Assembly: GCA_964441275.1 (NCBI GenBank)
Contig: CAYTUG010000009.1
Span: forward strand, 617-64,616
Source: an uncultured Christensenellaceae bacterium
GTDB taxonomy: Bacteria; Bacillota; Clostridia; Christensenellales; SZUA-584
DNA length: 64,000 nt
Reading direction: 5' to 3'
Below the pieces are notes generated by a model. It was not told the DNA's origin, made no database searches, and was given only the letters and a program-made list of their open reading frames with translations. The stretch's first letter is position 1, and each line of letters begins with the position of its first letter. Below, one piece after another: positions 21,653 through 30,993 of the stretch. Position numbers and translations under genes: made by a program.

Positions 21653-21867
21653 TATGGCGGCGGGTCTGTGGTTGAAAGCCGATGCTAGCCGCGGGCGAAA
21701 CGGCCCACATAAGCCAAGGATACCTTGGCGAGCATGGCGCGGTTTAGAAGTTAGCCCGGCCGAAAGGTTTTTTCGAGAGGCAAAGTAGTGGGGAGGCTAA
21801 AGCCTTGTGAGCAAAATGCCCAGCCGGCGGATGTGGGGCAAAAGACCAGGTCAGCCGCCGCTTTTTT
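21653..21867 (+). ncRNA. Unclassified structured-RNA candidate (about 210 nt): stand-alone sRNA or long cis-leader
   Basis: GC-rich island in AT-rich intergenic DNA. 5' GCGGCGG (21657-63) pairs with 3' CCGCCGC (21855-61), followed by T6. Several internal GC hairpins have GAAA/UAAA loops. No credible ORF. Family not recognised. Confidence 0.55.
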
Positions 21868-21979
21868 CTTGTAATGTAACTTGCCCCGAATACAGATAAT
21901 ATATTTATCGTCAATAAGGTGTTATCGGGGTATGGTAAACCTATCGCATCAGTGGGCGCAAAAGAAACGGGGGGACATA

Positions 21980-23101
21980 ATGTTCGAAACAAAAATGCTG
22001 CTTAACGACAAACATGATTTGAAAAAATTTATTGATTTCGAGTTTGAACTGTATAAAGATGACAACAACTGGGTGGCGCCTTTGACATTTGACACAAAAA
22101 ATACCCTCTTAGGCAAAAACAATCCGCTGTTCGAAAACGGCGAACACGCTTTCTTTATGGCTTTTAACGATAAAATGCCCGTTGGCAGGGTACTTGTCGG
22201 GACGGATGAAAAGCTAAACAGAGAAAAAGGAATAAAACAGGGCTATTTTTCTATGTTCGAATGTATAAATGATTATTCAGCTTGCAAATTGCTGCTTGAT
22301 GTTGCGTGCGGATGGCTAAAAGACAAAGGAATAGATAATGTCATAGGCCCGCTTTCCCCCTCTAACGGAGACGATCGAAAAGGGTTTTTAGTTAAGGGTG
22401 AAGGGGTTGCCGTTTTGTTGAACGCTTATACGAAAGATTATTACCCTTTGCTAATCGAGAAATATGGGTTTGTTAAAAATGACGATCATTATGCGTATCT
22501 GTTTACAAAAGAAGATTTTAATTTAGAGCGGCACTGCAAGGCGGTTGAATATGCCAAAAAAAAGGGCGGGTTTCGCGTACAGAGATTGAATGCGAAAAAT
22601 ATTTTAGGCGAATCCAAAGATATTAAAAAAATACTTGACAACAGCGTTCCGGCCGAATGGGATTACCTTGGCGTTCCTACCTTGCAGGCGGTAATAGATG
22701 AGTTTAAAAGCCTTGCGCAGTTTTATAACGGACGATACTGTTATATTGTGCGCAAGGGAGTAAAACCTATTGCCTTTTTGGTTGCGCTGCCCGATTACAA
22801 TCAGGTGTTAAAGAAAATGAAAGGGCGCATATTCCCGTTTGGGTGGTTTAAATATTTGTATTACAAAGGCAAAATATCCGGTGTGCGGGCAATAGTGCAA
22901 ATGGTAGACAGGGGTTACCAGAACATGGGCGTCAATTATGCTATGTATTACGAATTTAATAAAGATCTGAATCAGACTGAAATAGAATATGTTGAGGCGT
23001 CGTGTATAGATGAGGTAAATACCGCATCAAGGTTAAGCGTCGAGCGTTTGGGCGGAACGCATTACAGGACTTATCGGACATACAGGTTAAGGCTTAATTG
23101 A
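21980..23101 (+). CDS. Hypothetical protein, probably a two-lobed GNAT/FemAB-like acyltransferase fold (373 aa)
   Basis: ATG 21980 lies 5 nt after GGGGGGA. Conserved-looking soluble protein. The family assignment is only my impression from sequence pattern. Confidence 0.6.
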   Translation: MFETKMLLNDKHDLKKFIDFEFELYKDDNNWVAPLTFDTKNTLLGKNNPLFENGEHAFFMAFNDKMPVGRVLVGTDEKLNREKGIKQGYFSMFECINDYSACKLLLDVACGWLKDKGIDNVIGPLSPSNGDDRKGFLVKGEGVAVLLNAYTKDYYPLLIEKYGFVKNDDHYAYLFTKEDFNLERHCKAVEYAKKKGGFRVQRLNAKNILGESKDIKKILDNSVPAEWDYLGVPTLQAVIDEFKSLAQFYNGRYCYIVRKGVKPIAFLVALPDYNQVLKKMKGRIFPFGWFKYLYYKGKISGVRAIVQMVDRGYQNMGVNYAMYYEFNKDLNQTEIEYVEASCIDEVNTASRLSVERLGGTHYRTYRTYRLRLN

Positions 23102-23800
23102 TTCTAAGAGAGGGCTGCTCTTTATTTTTGAAAATTTGCGCGGAAATTTGTCGGGCGTAGATTTTTGTTTTTCTATAAGGAGAAGAGCGCCGTCTCCAAC
23201 CGGTACGCTTTTTGCAGGTGCGCATGAAAGCGTATTAATTGCGGTTACAGATTCTTCCACTTCCTGTTTGTACGATTTTCCTTTCCAAGCGCATAAAACA
23301 CCTTTGTTACGCAGCAAGGGAACCGCAAGCTCAAGCAATACCGGCAAAGGCGCTAAGGCGCGGGACAACGCTATATCAAAATGTTCGCGCAAAGAAGTGC
23401 GGGCAACATCTTCAGCGCGTGCGCATATAACGTTAATGTTTAGCGCAAGCGATTGCAAAGCATCGCGCAAAAAATTTGTTTTTTTGATTGAAGAGTCAAG
23501 CAGGCTAACGTTTAAATCCGGCCGCAATATGTAAAGCGGCACGCCCGGAAATCCGGCGCCCGTGCCTATATCGATAACAGTTGCGCCGCATTCTATTTCA
23601 AGTACATTATCGAGCAACATAGCGTGAGCAAAATGCCGCTCGGCCGAGTGGGCTTCGCCGGTGATGCGGGTTAGGTTAAGCTTTTGATTGGCGTTATAAA
23701 CGAGGCGGTAATATTTTTCGCATTTCTCGAGTTGGGCTGATGAGATGTTTAGTTGCATCTGTTTGCCGAGTTTTGACAGCGTTTCAGCGAATATGCTCAT
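23087..23800 (-). CDS. rsmG: 16S rRNA (guanine527-N7)-methyltransferase RsmG (GidB)
   Basis: 237 aa. SAM motif DIGTGAGFPGVPL and typical RsmG N-terminal region (...YYRLVYNANQKLNLTRI). Confidence 0.9.
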   Translation of the reverse strand: MSIFAETLSKLGKQMQLNISSAQLEKCEKYYRLVYNANQKLNLTRITGEAHSAERHFAHAMLLDNVLEIECGATVIDIGTGAGFPGVPLYILRPDLNVSLLDSSIKKTNFLRDALQSLALNINVICARAEDVARTSLREHFDIALSRALAPLPVLLELAVPLLRNKGVLCAWKGKSYKQEVEESVTAINTLSCAPAKSVPVGDGALLLIEKQKSTPDKFPRKFSKIKSSPLLESIKP

Positions 23801-24679
23801 TCAACCGCCTCCGATCACTTCAATGCCAAAATTTTGCGGACTAAACACTCCGCACAGTTCAAAATCCCCATTTATACTATCGGCCGTATTCTGTGCTTCT
23901 TCGGGCTTTTCAAACGCCGCAAACACGGTGCTTCCCGAGCCGCTCATAAGCGCGCGCTTAGCGCCCGCATTAACAAGCGCTTTGCGGGCGTCAATAATTT
24001 CCGGGGAAATTGCCAACGCCGCGGCTGTAAGCGCGTTATCCGCATAACGCAAATATTCATTTACATCGCCTTTTAATACGGCTTGCACAACAAGTTTTGT
24101 ATTAACGGGCGCATGGGTGTCATATTTGCAAAATGCACTCGCGGTCGCTACACCACTGCGGGGTTTGACAATGCAATAATGCATAAAAGCGGCCGGAAAA
24201 AGCGGTTCTAACATTTCGCCTATTCCGGTTGCGCGCGCCGTTCCGCCCATTAGGCAAAAAGGAACGTCCGCACCTATGCGCACTGCTATTTTTGAAAGCT
24301 CTGGAGCTGTAAGCCGCGTGCCAAAAAGCTTATCAAGGCCTATTAATACGGCTGCCGCATTGGCGCTTGCGCCCCCTAACCCGGACATCAAGGGAATGCA
24401 TTTTTGAATATAAATATCCGCACCTTTTATACCGGTCTTAGAGACAAAATGTTGCAGCGCTCTGTATGCGGTGCTTTTTTTTGCATTTATCGAGCTGTTG
24501 TTAAAATATACGCGCATGTAATCGGCTTTTTTGATAGTTACGGTATCATAAAGAGAGATGCTCTGCATTATGGTATCAATTTCATGATAACCGTCATCTC
24601 TAATGCCTTTTATATCGAGAGAGAGATTTAATTTTGCGTAGCTGCGCAGTTTAATCATATTAGTTTCCGTTAAGTTCAT
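23801..24679 (-). CDS. ispE: 4-diphosphocytidyl-2-C-methyl-D-erythritol kinase
   Basis: SYAKLNLSLDI...GYHEIDTIMQSI and a GHMP kinase motif (PLMSGLGGASANAAAV). Alternative start ATG 24658 gives MIKLRSYAKLNL. Confidence 0.9.
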   Translation of the reverse strand: MNLTETNMIKLRSYAKLNLSLDIKGIRDDGYHEIDTIMQSISLYDTVTIKKADYMRVYFNNSSINAKKSTAYRALQHFVSKTGIKGADIYIQKCIPLMSGLGGASANAAAVLIGLDKLFGTRLTAPELSKIAVRIGADVPFCLMGGTARATGIGEMLEPLFPAAFMHYCIVKPRSGVATASAFCKYDTHAPVNTKLVVQAVLKGDVNEYLRYADNALTAAALAISPEIIDARKALVNAGAKRALMSGSGSTVFAAFEKPEEAQNTADSINGDFELCGVFSPQNFGIEVIGGG

Positions 24680-25526
24680 TGTAAGCCCAGTCGGCGTGCG
24701 TTTTTATCGGCTCGCACGCACTTTGCGACAGTGCGTGTAAGTTTTTTAACGCATCGCGATAATTTGTTCTTGCCGCATACAAAGCGGCTTGTGAAACAAC
24801 CTTTCTTTTGCGCGCCATATTTTTGCCTATTAGATACGACAATTTATCTGTACACGACGCCTCAAGAAGCGAATTGATAGAAAATGCATACGGCGCCTTC
24901 TTTGTTTTCCCGTTAAGAGGACAAACAGTCTGACATTTTTCGCAGCCAATCAATTGGTAAACATCGTGCCGAAACAATTCGGGTATGAAAGAATCCGAAT
25001 AACTGCGCAGACAATTTTGCAGGTTGTTAACGCCTTTCGAAGGGCACGCATTCATGCAGGCGCCACAGTGCATACAAAGAGAGCCGTCTTTTATTGGGGG
25101 ATCGGGCGAAAAGGCGTTTGTAAGCACAGTCTGTATACAGATAAGAGACCCTAAATCGGGATGGTAATAAAATCCGTTATCACCTATAAACCCGCCCGAA
25201 ACCAATGCCGCAGCCTTTGCATCAAGCGCGGTTGCAAGTTGAGCAAAATAGCCGCGATTTGTCAAATATGCTACAAAGTTCTTGGTGGCACTATAGCTAA
25301 AATGCGATGCTACGTAATAAGGCGATACCGGCATCATACCTAAAGGCGCAGGTTTGGACGGACAATAAGCCTTAAACAGCACAACAGTACACGTAACTTT
25401 GTTGTAAATATCGCTATATGTTTTAGATGCAGTCTCACAAACCGGCACGTTAGGGCCGACAAATTTAATATCGTCTATTCCTATATTATGCGCATAATCA
25501 ATAGCAGACGTTTTTACGCAACTCAT
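24660..25526 (-). CDS. 4Fe-4S double-cluster protein, short epoxyqueuosine-reductase (QueG)-like
   Basis: Two ferredoxin-type cysteine motifs (CMHCGACMNACP and CEKCQTVCP). N-terminal region resembles the QueG/DUF1730 family. Function uncertain. Confidence 0.55.
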   Translation of the reverse strand: MSCVKTSAIDYAHNIGIDDIKFVGPNVPVCETASKTYSDIYNKVTCTVVLFKAYCPSKPAPLGMMPVSPYYVASHFSYSATKNFVAYLTNRGYFAQLATALDAKAAALVSGGFIGDNGFYYHPDLGSLICIQTVLTNAFSPDPPIKDGSLCMHCGACMNACPSKGVNNLQNCLRSYSDSFIPELFRHDVYQLIGCEKCQTVCPLNGKTKKAPYAFSINSLLEASCTDKLSYLIGKNMARKRKVVSQAALYAARTNYRDALKNLHALSQSACEPIKTHADWAYNELNGN

Positions 25527-25668
25527 AAGCCGATTATGACACAACGGAATATAAATAACAAACTAAAAATCAACCAAACGCCTGCATACAGGTTGCGTGA
25601 AAACATTTATTGTTATATAATTTGCGAAAAGCCATTTAAGCTCGTAATTAAAAGTAAGGATTTAAAGC

Positions 25669-26097
25669 ATGAAAAATAAAGAGCAAGCTATTCTATTAAT
25701 TCTGTCGGTTTGTTTTTTTCTTATACTTGCTGCCTGTGGCGAAGCGGTAATAATTGAAACTTCTATCGGGAATTTTGAGTACAGCCAAGATTTTTTGCAG
25801 GAACTCGAGAGCGTTTCTTTGGATGCGGCGCTAACCCCTGCCCAAGGGAATATATTTCTATTAATGTATCTTACCCCTGCTGAGGGTACCGAGCTTTCGT
25901 ATGATTCGGCGGAACAGTATTTTCTTAACGGCACCAAGGCGCTCTTGCAGGGAAATACTTACGATATTTACTGTGTCGCTTTCGAGCGTATAAACAAGTC
26001 TAAAGAGCGTTTGGCGTTAGTGTTTGAGGTTGAAGATAAAGACTACGCAAATAAAAGCGAACAGCCGCAGCTGATTTTGCCTTCAGTCCCAAAGTGA
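25669..26097 (+). CDS. Putative lipoprotein
   Basis: Signal peptide with lipobox (LILSVCFFLILAAC|G). 142 aa, no family recognised. Confidence 0.6.
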   Translation: MKNKEQAILLILSVCFFLILAACGEAVIIETSIGNFEYSQDFLQELESVSLDAALTPAQGNIFLLMYLTPAEGTELSYDSAEQYFLNGTKALLQGNTYDIYCVAFERINKSKERLALVFEVEDKDYANKSEQPQLILPSVPK

Positions 26098-26793
26098 ATA
26101 CTGCGCAACATTTTTGATTGCGCTCATTATCATATTGCGAGCGTCCGGTCTGATTTTGCAAATTTGAGAAAGCAGTTTTTTTATTTCGTTGCGTTTTGAT
26201 AAACCTTCATAAATGCATGGATTTTTAAAAGCCGGTATACCGTGCCTTATTACAGCCCCTTCTATCTCATTTTCGGGCAGATATATGAAAGGCCTTATAA
26301 GCCTGATTTGCGCGCGATCAAGTGTGGTTACAGGCTTAAAGGTACGCATTCTTGCTTCGTAAAGCAAACTTAGAAGCATAGATTCAATACAATCATCGCG
26401 ATGATGAGCAAAAGCGCATACAGAATATCCATGCTGTTTTACCTGTTCAAATAATTTTCCTTTACGCATTTTAGAGCACAAAGCGCATGGATTTTTTTCA
26501 TTGCGTTCATACAAAACATTGGTTCCTATCTGCGTTTTTATTATGTTAAGCGGAATGCCAAGCGCAGAACAATGATCGGATATAATATCGCTTTGGTTTT
26601 CTTCAAACCCAAGATCAGCATGAAAGGCGTGTATTTTATATTTTTTGCGCGCAAAGTTTTTATATTTATTAAGCGCAAAAAGCAATAGCATAGAATCTTT
26701 CCCGCCCGATACGCCTACGGCTATCGTATCGTTATCGTTTATCATGCCGTGATCTTGATCGGCGCGTCTGATATGGCCTAAAATGCGCTTCAT
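26083..26793 (-). CDS. PP-loop ATP pyrophosphatase, TtcA-like tRNA 2-thiocytidine biosynthesis family
   Basis: PP-loop VGVSGGKDS and a CALCSKMRKG cysteine motif typical of the TtcA family. Confidence 0.75.
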   Translation of the reverse strand: MKRILGHIRRADQDHGMINDNDTIAVGVSGGKDSMLLLFALNKYKNFARKKYKIHAFHADLGFEENQSDIISDHCSALGIPLNIIKTQIGTNVLYERNEKNPCALCSKMRKGKLFEQVKQHGYSVCAFAHHRDDCIESMLLSLLYEARMRTFKPVTTLDRAQIRLIRPFIYLPENEIEGAVIRHGIPAFKNPCIYEGLSKRNEIKKLLSQICKIRPDARNMIMSAIKNVAQYSLWD

Positions 26794-26868
26794 AATTTAG
26801 TCCTTTATTTAAAATTAGCATTATTATACCAGCAGAGGTATTGCACCCACAACCCGATTTAGTATACA

Positions 26869-27357
26869 ATGACATCAGCAAAAAAGGCGGTTACCGAAAT
26901 AGAAGAATATTTAGATTATATAATAGTGTTTTTGCTTGCCGCAATGCCTATAATAGAGTTAAAAGGGGCTATTCCTGTGGGGTTAAGCCGCGGCATTCCC
27001 GAGATTGAGTGTTTTATCATTGCGGTGATAGGCTCTGTGATTTTTTCGCCTTTTATTATTTTGCTGACCCGCCGCTTCCTTGATTGGTGTATGGGCAGTA
27101 AGATAACGTTGTTGCGCCGGTTTGGTCATTGGCAGCATAACCGCTTATTGAGAAAGGGAAGCAAAGCAACAAAATTTAGAGGGTGGCTATTGTTTTTATT
27201 CGTTGCCGTCCCATTGCCGACTACGGGTGTTTGGACAGGCTCTATGATTGCGGGGCTGTTTGATTTGCGAATGCGCACGGCTTTACCGTTGATTTTTTTG
27301 GGCAACTGTGTTGCCGGTCTGCTTGTTTGGATTATTTGGGGCTTTGCGGTGGCGTAA
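26869..27357 (+). CDS. Small multidrug-export-like membrane protein (COG2426 / Sm_multidrug_ex family)
   Basis: MPIIELKGAIPVGL and AVPLPTTGVWTGSMIA motifs. 4 TM helices. Confidence 0.65.
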   Translation: MTSAKKAVTEIEEYLDYIIVFLLAAMPIIELKGAIPVGLSRGIPEIECFIIAVIGSVIFSPFIILLTRRFLDWCMGSKITLLRRFGHWQHNRLLRKGSKATKFRGWLLFLFVAVPLPTTGVWTGSMIAGLFDLRMRTALPLIFLGNCVAGLLVWIIWGFAVA

Positions 27358-27465
27358 AACAGTAAAACACTTAAATATATTAATTTGAAAAGATACCGGC
27401 CAAAGCATTTTTAATGCCGCACGTCTGCGATAGATAATAATATTACAATCAACAGGGGGCAAAGA

Positions 27466-28596
27466 ATGAAAAGATTATTTACGTCTGAATCGGTAACCGA
27501 AGGGCATCCCGATAAAATATGCGACCAAATTAGCGACAGCGTGCTGGATGAGATTATCAGGCAGGACGCCAATGCGCGTGTGGCATGTGAAACCGCCGTA
27601 AATACAGGTCTTGTTATTGTTATGGGAGAGATAACAACACAATGTTATGTTGATATACCCCTTATAGTTCGAAACACCGTGCGCGACATTGGCTTTACCC
27701 GTGCCAAGTACGGTTTTGACGCCGATACATGCGGAATTCTAACATCTATTGACGATCAGTCGCCCGATATTGCAATGGGCGTAAACAAGAAAGACCAAGG
27801 CGCGGGAGACCAGGGGATGATGTTTGGTTTTGCTTGCCGGGAAACGCCGGAGATGATGCCCATGCCCATAATGCTTGCGCATGGTCTTACAAAGCGGCTT
27901 TCTAAGGTGCGCAAGTGCGGACTGTTAGAATATTTAAGGCCCGATGGCAAGGCGCAGGTTACGGTGGAGTATGAAGATAATGTACCTTTGCGTATAGAAG
28001 CCGTTGTGGTGTCCGCACAGCACGCCGAAGGCGTATCATACGAGCAGATACAATCAGATATTATGGAAAAAGTGATAAAAGAGGTGCTGCCTTTAAACCT
28101 TATTGACAGCGGCACAAAATATTTTGTAAATCCAACGGGCAGGTTCGTTGTAGGCGGGCCTGCGGGGGATTCGGGGCTTACCGGGCGTAAAATAATAGTA
28201 GACACATACGGCGGTTATGCCCGGCACGGCGGCGGCGCGCTCTCGGGCAAAGACCCAAGCAAGGTGGACAGAAGCGCGGCTTATGCTATGCGCCATATTG
28301 CGAAAAACGTTGTGGCGGCGGGGCTTGCGGAGCGTTGCGAGGTTGAGGTGGCATACGCCATAGGCGTTGCGCAGCCCGTGTCTGTGTTTGCGGAGACATT
28401 CGGCACCGGCGTTATGGACGACGAAAAGCTTTCAAAGCGCATAGCTCAAGCGTTTGATATGCGGCCGGCGGCGATAATTGAGCGGTTGGGATTAAGAACG
28501 CCGATATACCGTCAAGTAGCTTCGTACGGCCATTTTGGCAGGTTGGATCTTGACTTGCCGTGGGAGAAGCTCGATATGGTTGATAAATTAGGCTGA
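27466..28596 (+). CDS. metK: S-adenosylmethionine synthase
   Basis: [32 protein letters not shown] and [19 protein letters not shown] signatures. Confidence 0.97.
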   Translation: MKRLFTSESVTEGHPDKICDQISDSVLDEIIRQDANARVACETAVNTGLVIVMGEITTQCYVDIPLIVRNTVRDIGFTRAKYGFDADTCGILTSIDDQSPDIAMGVNKKDQGAGDQGMMFGFACRETPEMMPMPIMLAHGLTKRLSKVRKCGLLEYLRPDGKAQVTVEYEDNVPLRIEAVVVSAQHAEGVSYEQIQSDIMEKVIKEVLPLNLIDSGTKYFVNPTGRFVVGGPAGDSGLTGRKIIVDTYGGYARHGGGALSGKDPSKVDRSAAYAMRHIAKNVVAAGLAERCEVEVAYAIGVAQPVSVFAETFGTGVMDDEKLSKRIAQAFDMRPAAIIERLGLRTPIYRQVASYGHFGRLDLDLPWEKLDMVDKLG

Positions 28597-28752
28597 ACAA
28601 TATCAGCTTGTTAAGCTGTAAACTTTCTTAAATAAAAATGCACAGCTGAAAAAACAGCCGGAAAGAGCGGAATCGATTTTCGCTTCTTTTGCGACAAATT
28701 CTATTGCTTGTGGTACAATAACATTCAAATAACAAACAAATTTGAGGCGCGG

Positions 28753-30993
28753 ATGACAAGTATTGAAGGCACTGTGCTGCAAGTCAATTTTCGAAACGAT
28801 GAAAACGGCTGGACGGTGCTTGAAATTGATTTTAACGGTGCGTTGACCACTGCGGTGGGATGTTTACCGTATATTCATGAGGGCGAATATGTTCGCCTGT
28901 TTGGCGCTTGGACGGAGCATAAAATTTATGGCCGCCAGTTCTCGGTTAAAACGGTGCAAACGAGCCTTCCGAACACCAAAGAATCAATAAGCATGTTTCT
29001 TGCAAGCGGGCTAATAAAAGGCGTGGGCGAAGTGCTTGCGCAGCGCATTGCAGACGCTTTTGGCGAGCACACATTTGAGGTTATAGAAAACAGCCCCGAA
29101 CTTTTGGCGCAGATTAAGGGTATTAGCAAAAGGTTGTCGCTTAGCATAGCGGAAAGCTTTGCGGAGCATGTGGGCATCAGGCAAGTTGTGATTGAGCTTC
29201 AAAACATCGGCCTGTCTGTTAAGCAGGCTTTTCGTGCGATTGAAAAATACGGAGCTCTCGCCCCAACTTTAATTCGAGATAATCCGTATCGTATGATAGA
29301 CGACATTGCGGGCATAGGTTTTGAGCGCGCCGATAGGATTGCGGGCGCAATAGGCATAGAAAAAACGTCGCCTTTTAGGATTGACACCGGCATCAAGCAC
29401 GAGCTTTTATGCGCCATGAACAGCGGGCACACATGTTTACCGCGTCAAGAGCTTATCCGCCGGGCGGCAAAAACGCTCGGAATCAACGAAACTTTAATTG
29501 AAGCGCGCATATCGTCGCTTACGCTGTCCGAACAGATTGCGCAAAAGTTTATTGCGGGAACCCCCGCGGTGTTTCATATTGCCGCCTATATTACGGAATC
29601 CGATGTAGCGGTTAGGCTGTATACGCTCTCTTTGAGCAAGCCGCGCATACCGGTAAAAGACGCTGCGCATGCATATGAGCGCTATATCGGGAGTGAGCAG
29701 CTTTCGGAAGAGCAGGAACGAGCGGTGTTAACCGCACTGTCGGGGCAGGTTACGGTAATTACGGGGGGCCCGGGCACGGGCAAAACGACAATAATCAAAA
29801 CCATTTTAAGCATATTCGAGCAATGCGGTATTACAACCGCGCTTTGCGCGCCCACAGGCAGGGCGGCAAAACGCATAGAGCAATCAACCGGCCGCGAGGC
29901 AAAAACTATACATAGGCTTTTAGAATACGGGGTGGGCATACAAGAGGATTTCGACAATTCGGCACGTTTTATACGCAACGAAGACAATACGCTTGAGGCG
30001 GAGGCTGTTATTGTAGACGAGGCTTCCATGATAGATATCTTTTTGATGCGTGCGCTGTTGCGCGCAATGCCCGAAGGCGCGCGCTTAGTAATAGTTGGCG
30101 ATGCGGACCAACTTCCTTCGGTGGGGCCGGGGAATGTACTGCGGGACATAATAGCGAGCGGGGCTTTTGCCGTTTCACATCTGACTAAGTTTTATCGCCA
30201 GAAGGAAGGGGGCAGCATAGTTGAAAATGCGCACAGGGTTAACGGCGGGGAGCTGCCGGTGCTATATTTAACCGGAGATTTTGTTTTTATACCCGAAGAT
30301 GACCCCGAAGAGATTATAGAGCGTGTTAAAAGCATACTTAGGCAGCAAGAGATTGTTCAAAAATATGATGTGTTGGAGCATACGCAAATACTGTGCCCGA
30401 TAAAAAGAGGGGTGCTTGGGGTCTACAATCTAAATATGCGGCTAAGAGAAATGCTTAACCCGCGTTTAGCGTCTAAGCCTGAGGTTCAGGTTGGGGATAC
30501 GCTTTTTCGTGAAGGCGATAAAGTTATGCAGACCAAAAACAACTATGAAATGGAATGGTTTTATTCAGACGAAAAGCAATTTTACAGTAAAGGCACAGGC
30601 GTGTTTAACGGTGATTTGGGACGCATAATCAGCATTGATAACGATCTTAAGCAAACTACTGTGCGCTTTGACGGGAACAGGGACGCCGTTTATACTATTT
30701 CGGAATTAGAACAGCTTGAACATGCATATGCGGTCACGGTGCATAAATCGCAGGGGAGCGAGTTTCCCGTAGTTATATTGCCTCTAATGTCGGGGGGAGG
30801 CCATTTTTTAACCCGGAATTTACTTTATACAGCTCTGACAAGGGCGATGGAAAAAGTGATAATAGTCGGGCTTAAAAGCACTATAGAATATATGGTAAAC
30901 AACAATAAGATAAGGGGCAGATACACCACGCTTGACCATGAGATAACGGACCTAAAACAAGTTTTGGGGGCGGTTCAAAATGGGGGCGCTTAA
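28753..30993 (+). CDS. recD2: ATP-dependent RecD-like (RecD2) SF1 DNA helicase
   Basis: HhH region, Walker A GGPGTGKTT, DEASMID and C-terminal AVTVHKSQGSEF motifs. ATG 28753. Confidence 0.9.
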   Translation: MTSIEGTVLQVNFRNDENGWTVLEIDFNGALTTAVGCLPYIHEGEYVRLFGAWTEHKIYGRQFSVKTVQTSLPNTKESISMFLASGLIKGVGEVLAQRIADAFGEHTFEVIENSPELLAQIKGISKRLSLSIAESFAEHVGIRQVVIELQNIGLSVKQAFRAIEKYGALAPTLIRDNPYRMIDDIAGIGFERADRIAGAIGIEKTSPFRIDTGIKHELLCAMNSGHTCLPRQELIRRAAKTLGINETLIEARISSLTLSEQIAQKFIAGTPAVFHIAAYITESDVAVRLYTLSLSKPRIPVKDAAHAYERYIGSEQLSEEQERAVLTALSGQVTVITGGPGTGKTTIIKTILSIFEQCGITTALCAPTGRAAKRIEQSTGREAKTIHRLLEYGVGIQEDFDNSARFIRNEDNTLEAEAVIVDEASMIDIFLMRALLRAMPEGARLVIVGDADQLPSVGPGNVLRDIIASGAFAVSHLTKFYRQKEGGSIVENAHRVNGGELPVLYLTGDFVFIPEDDPEEIIERVKSILRQQEIVQKYDVLEHTQILCPIKRGVLGVYNLNMRLREMLNPRLASKPEVQVGDTLFREGDKVMQTKNNYEMEWFYSDEKQFYSKGTGVFNGDLGRIISIDNDLKQTTVRFDGNRDAVYTISELEQLEHAYAVTVHKSQGSEFPVVILPLMSGGGHFLTRNLLYTALTRAMEKVIIVGLKSTIEYMVNNNKIRGRYTTLDHEITDLKQVLGAVQNGGA

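Noticed and set aside
21653-21867. Assigning the structured RNA to SRP RNA, RNase P RNA, tmRNA, T-box, cobalamin, SAM-I, lysine, glycine, ydaO (c-di-AMP) or ykkC riboswitches
   Set aside because: The diagnostic cores I know are absent. These are SRP GGAAG..AGCAGC domain IV, RNase P GAGGAAAGUCC, the tmRNA tag ORF and tRNA-like 3' end, the T-box AAUUAGGGUGGUACCGCG-type box, the B12 box GCCACUG and the S-box CUUAUCAAGAG. Partial resemblances such as CCAGGUCAG, GGGGCAAAAG and CGAGAGG are too short and in the wrong order. I leave it unclassified rather than force a name.
21744-21992. 82-aa minus-strand ORF and the TTG 21881 extension of the downstream gene, both overlapping the RNA region
   Set aside because: Neither has an RBS. 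The amino-acid composition is driven by the GC-rich RNA island, and the antisense ORF runs through the promoter-proximal helices. ATG 21980 with its GGGGGGA RBS explains the downstream gene.
27358-27465. SAM-I (S-box) riboswitch upstream of metK
   Set aside because: The 108-nt AT-rich spacer has no S-box core and no terminator/antiterminator pair.
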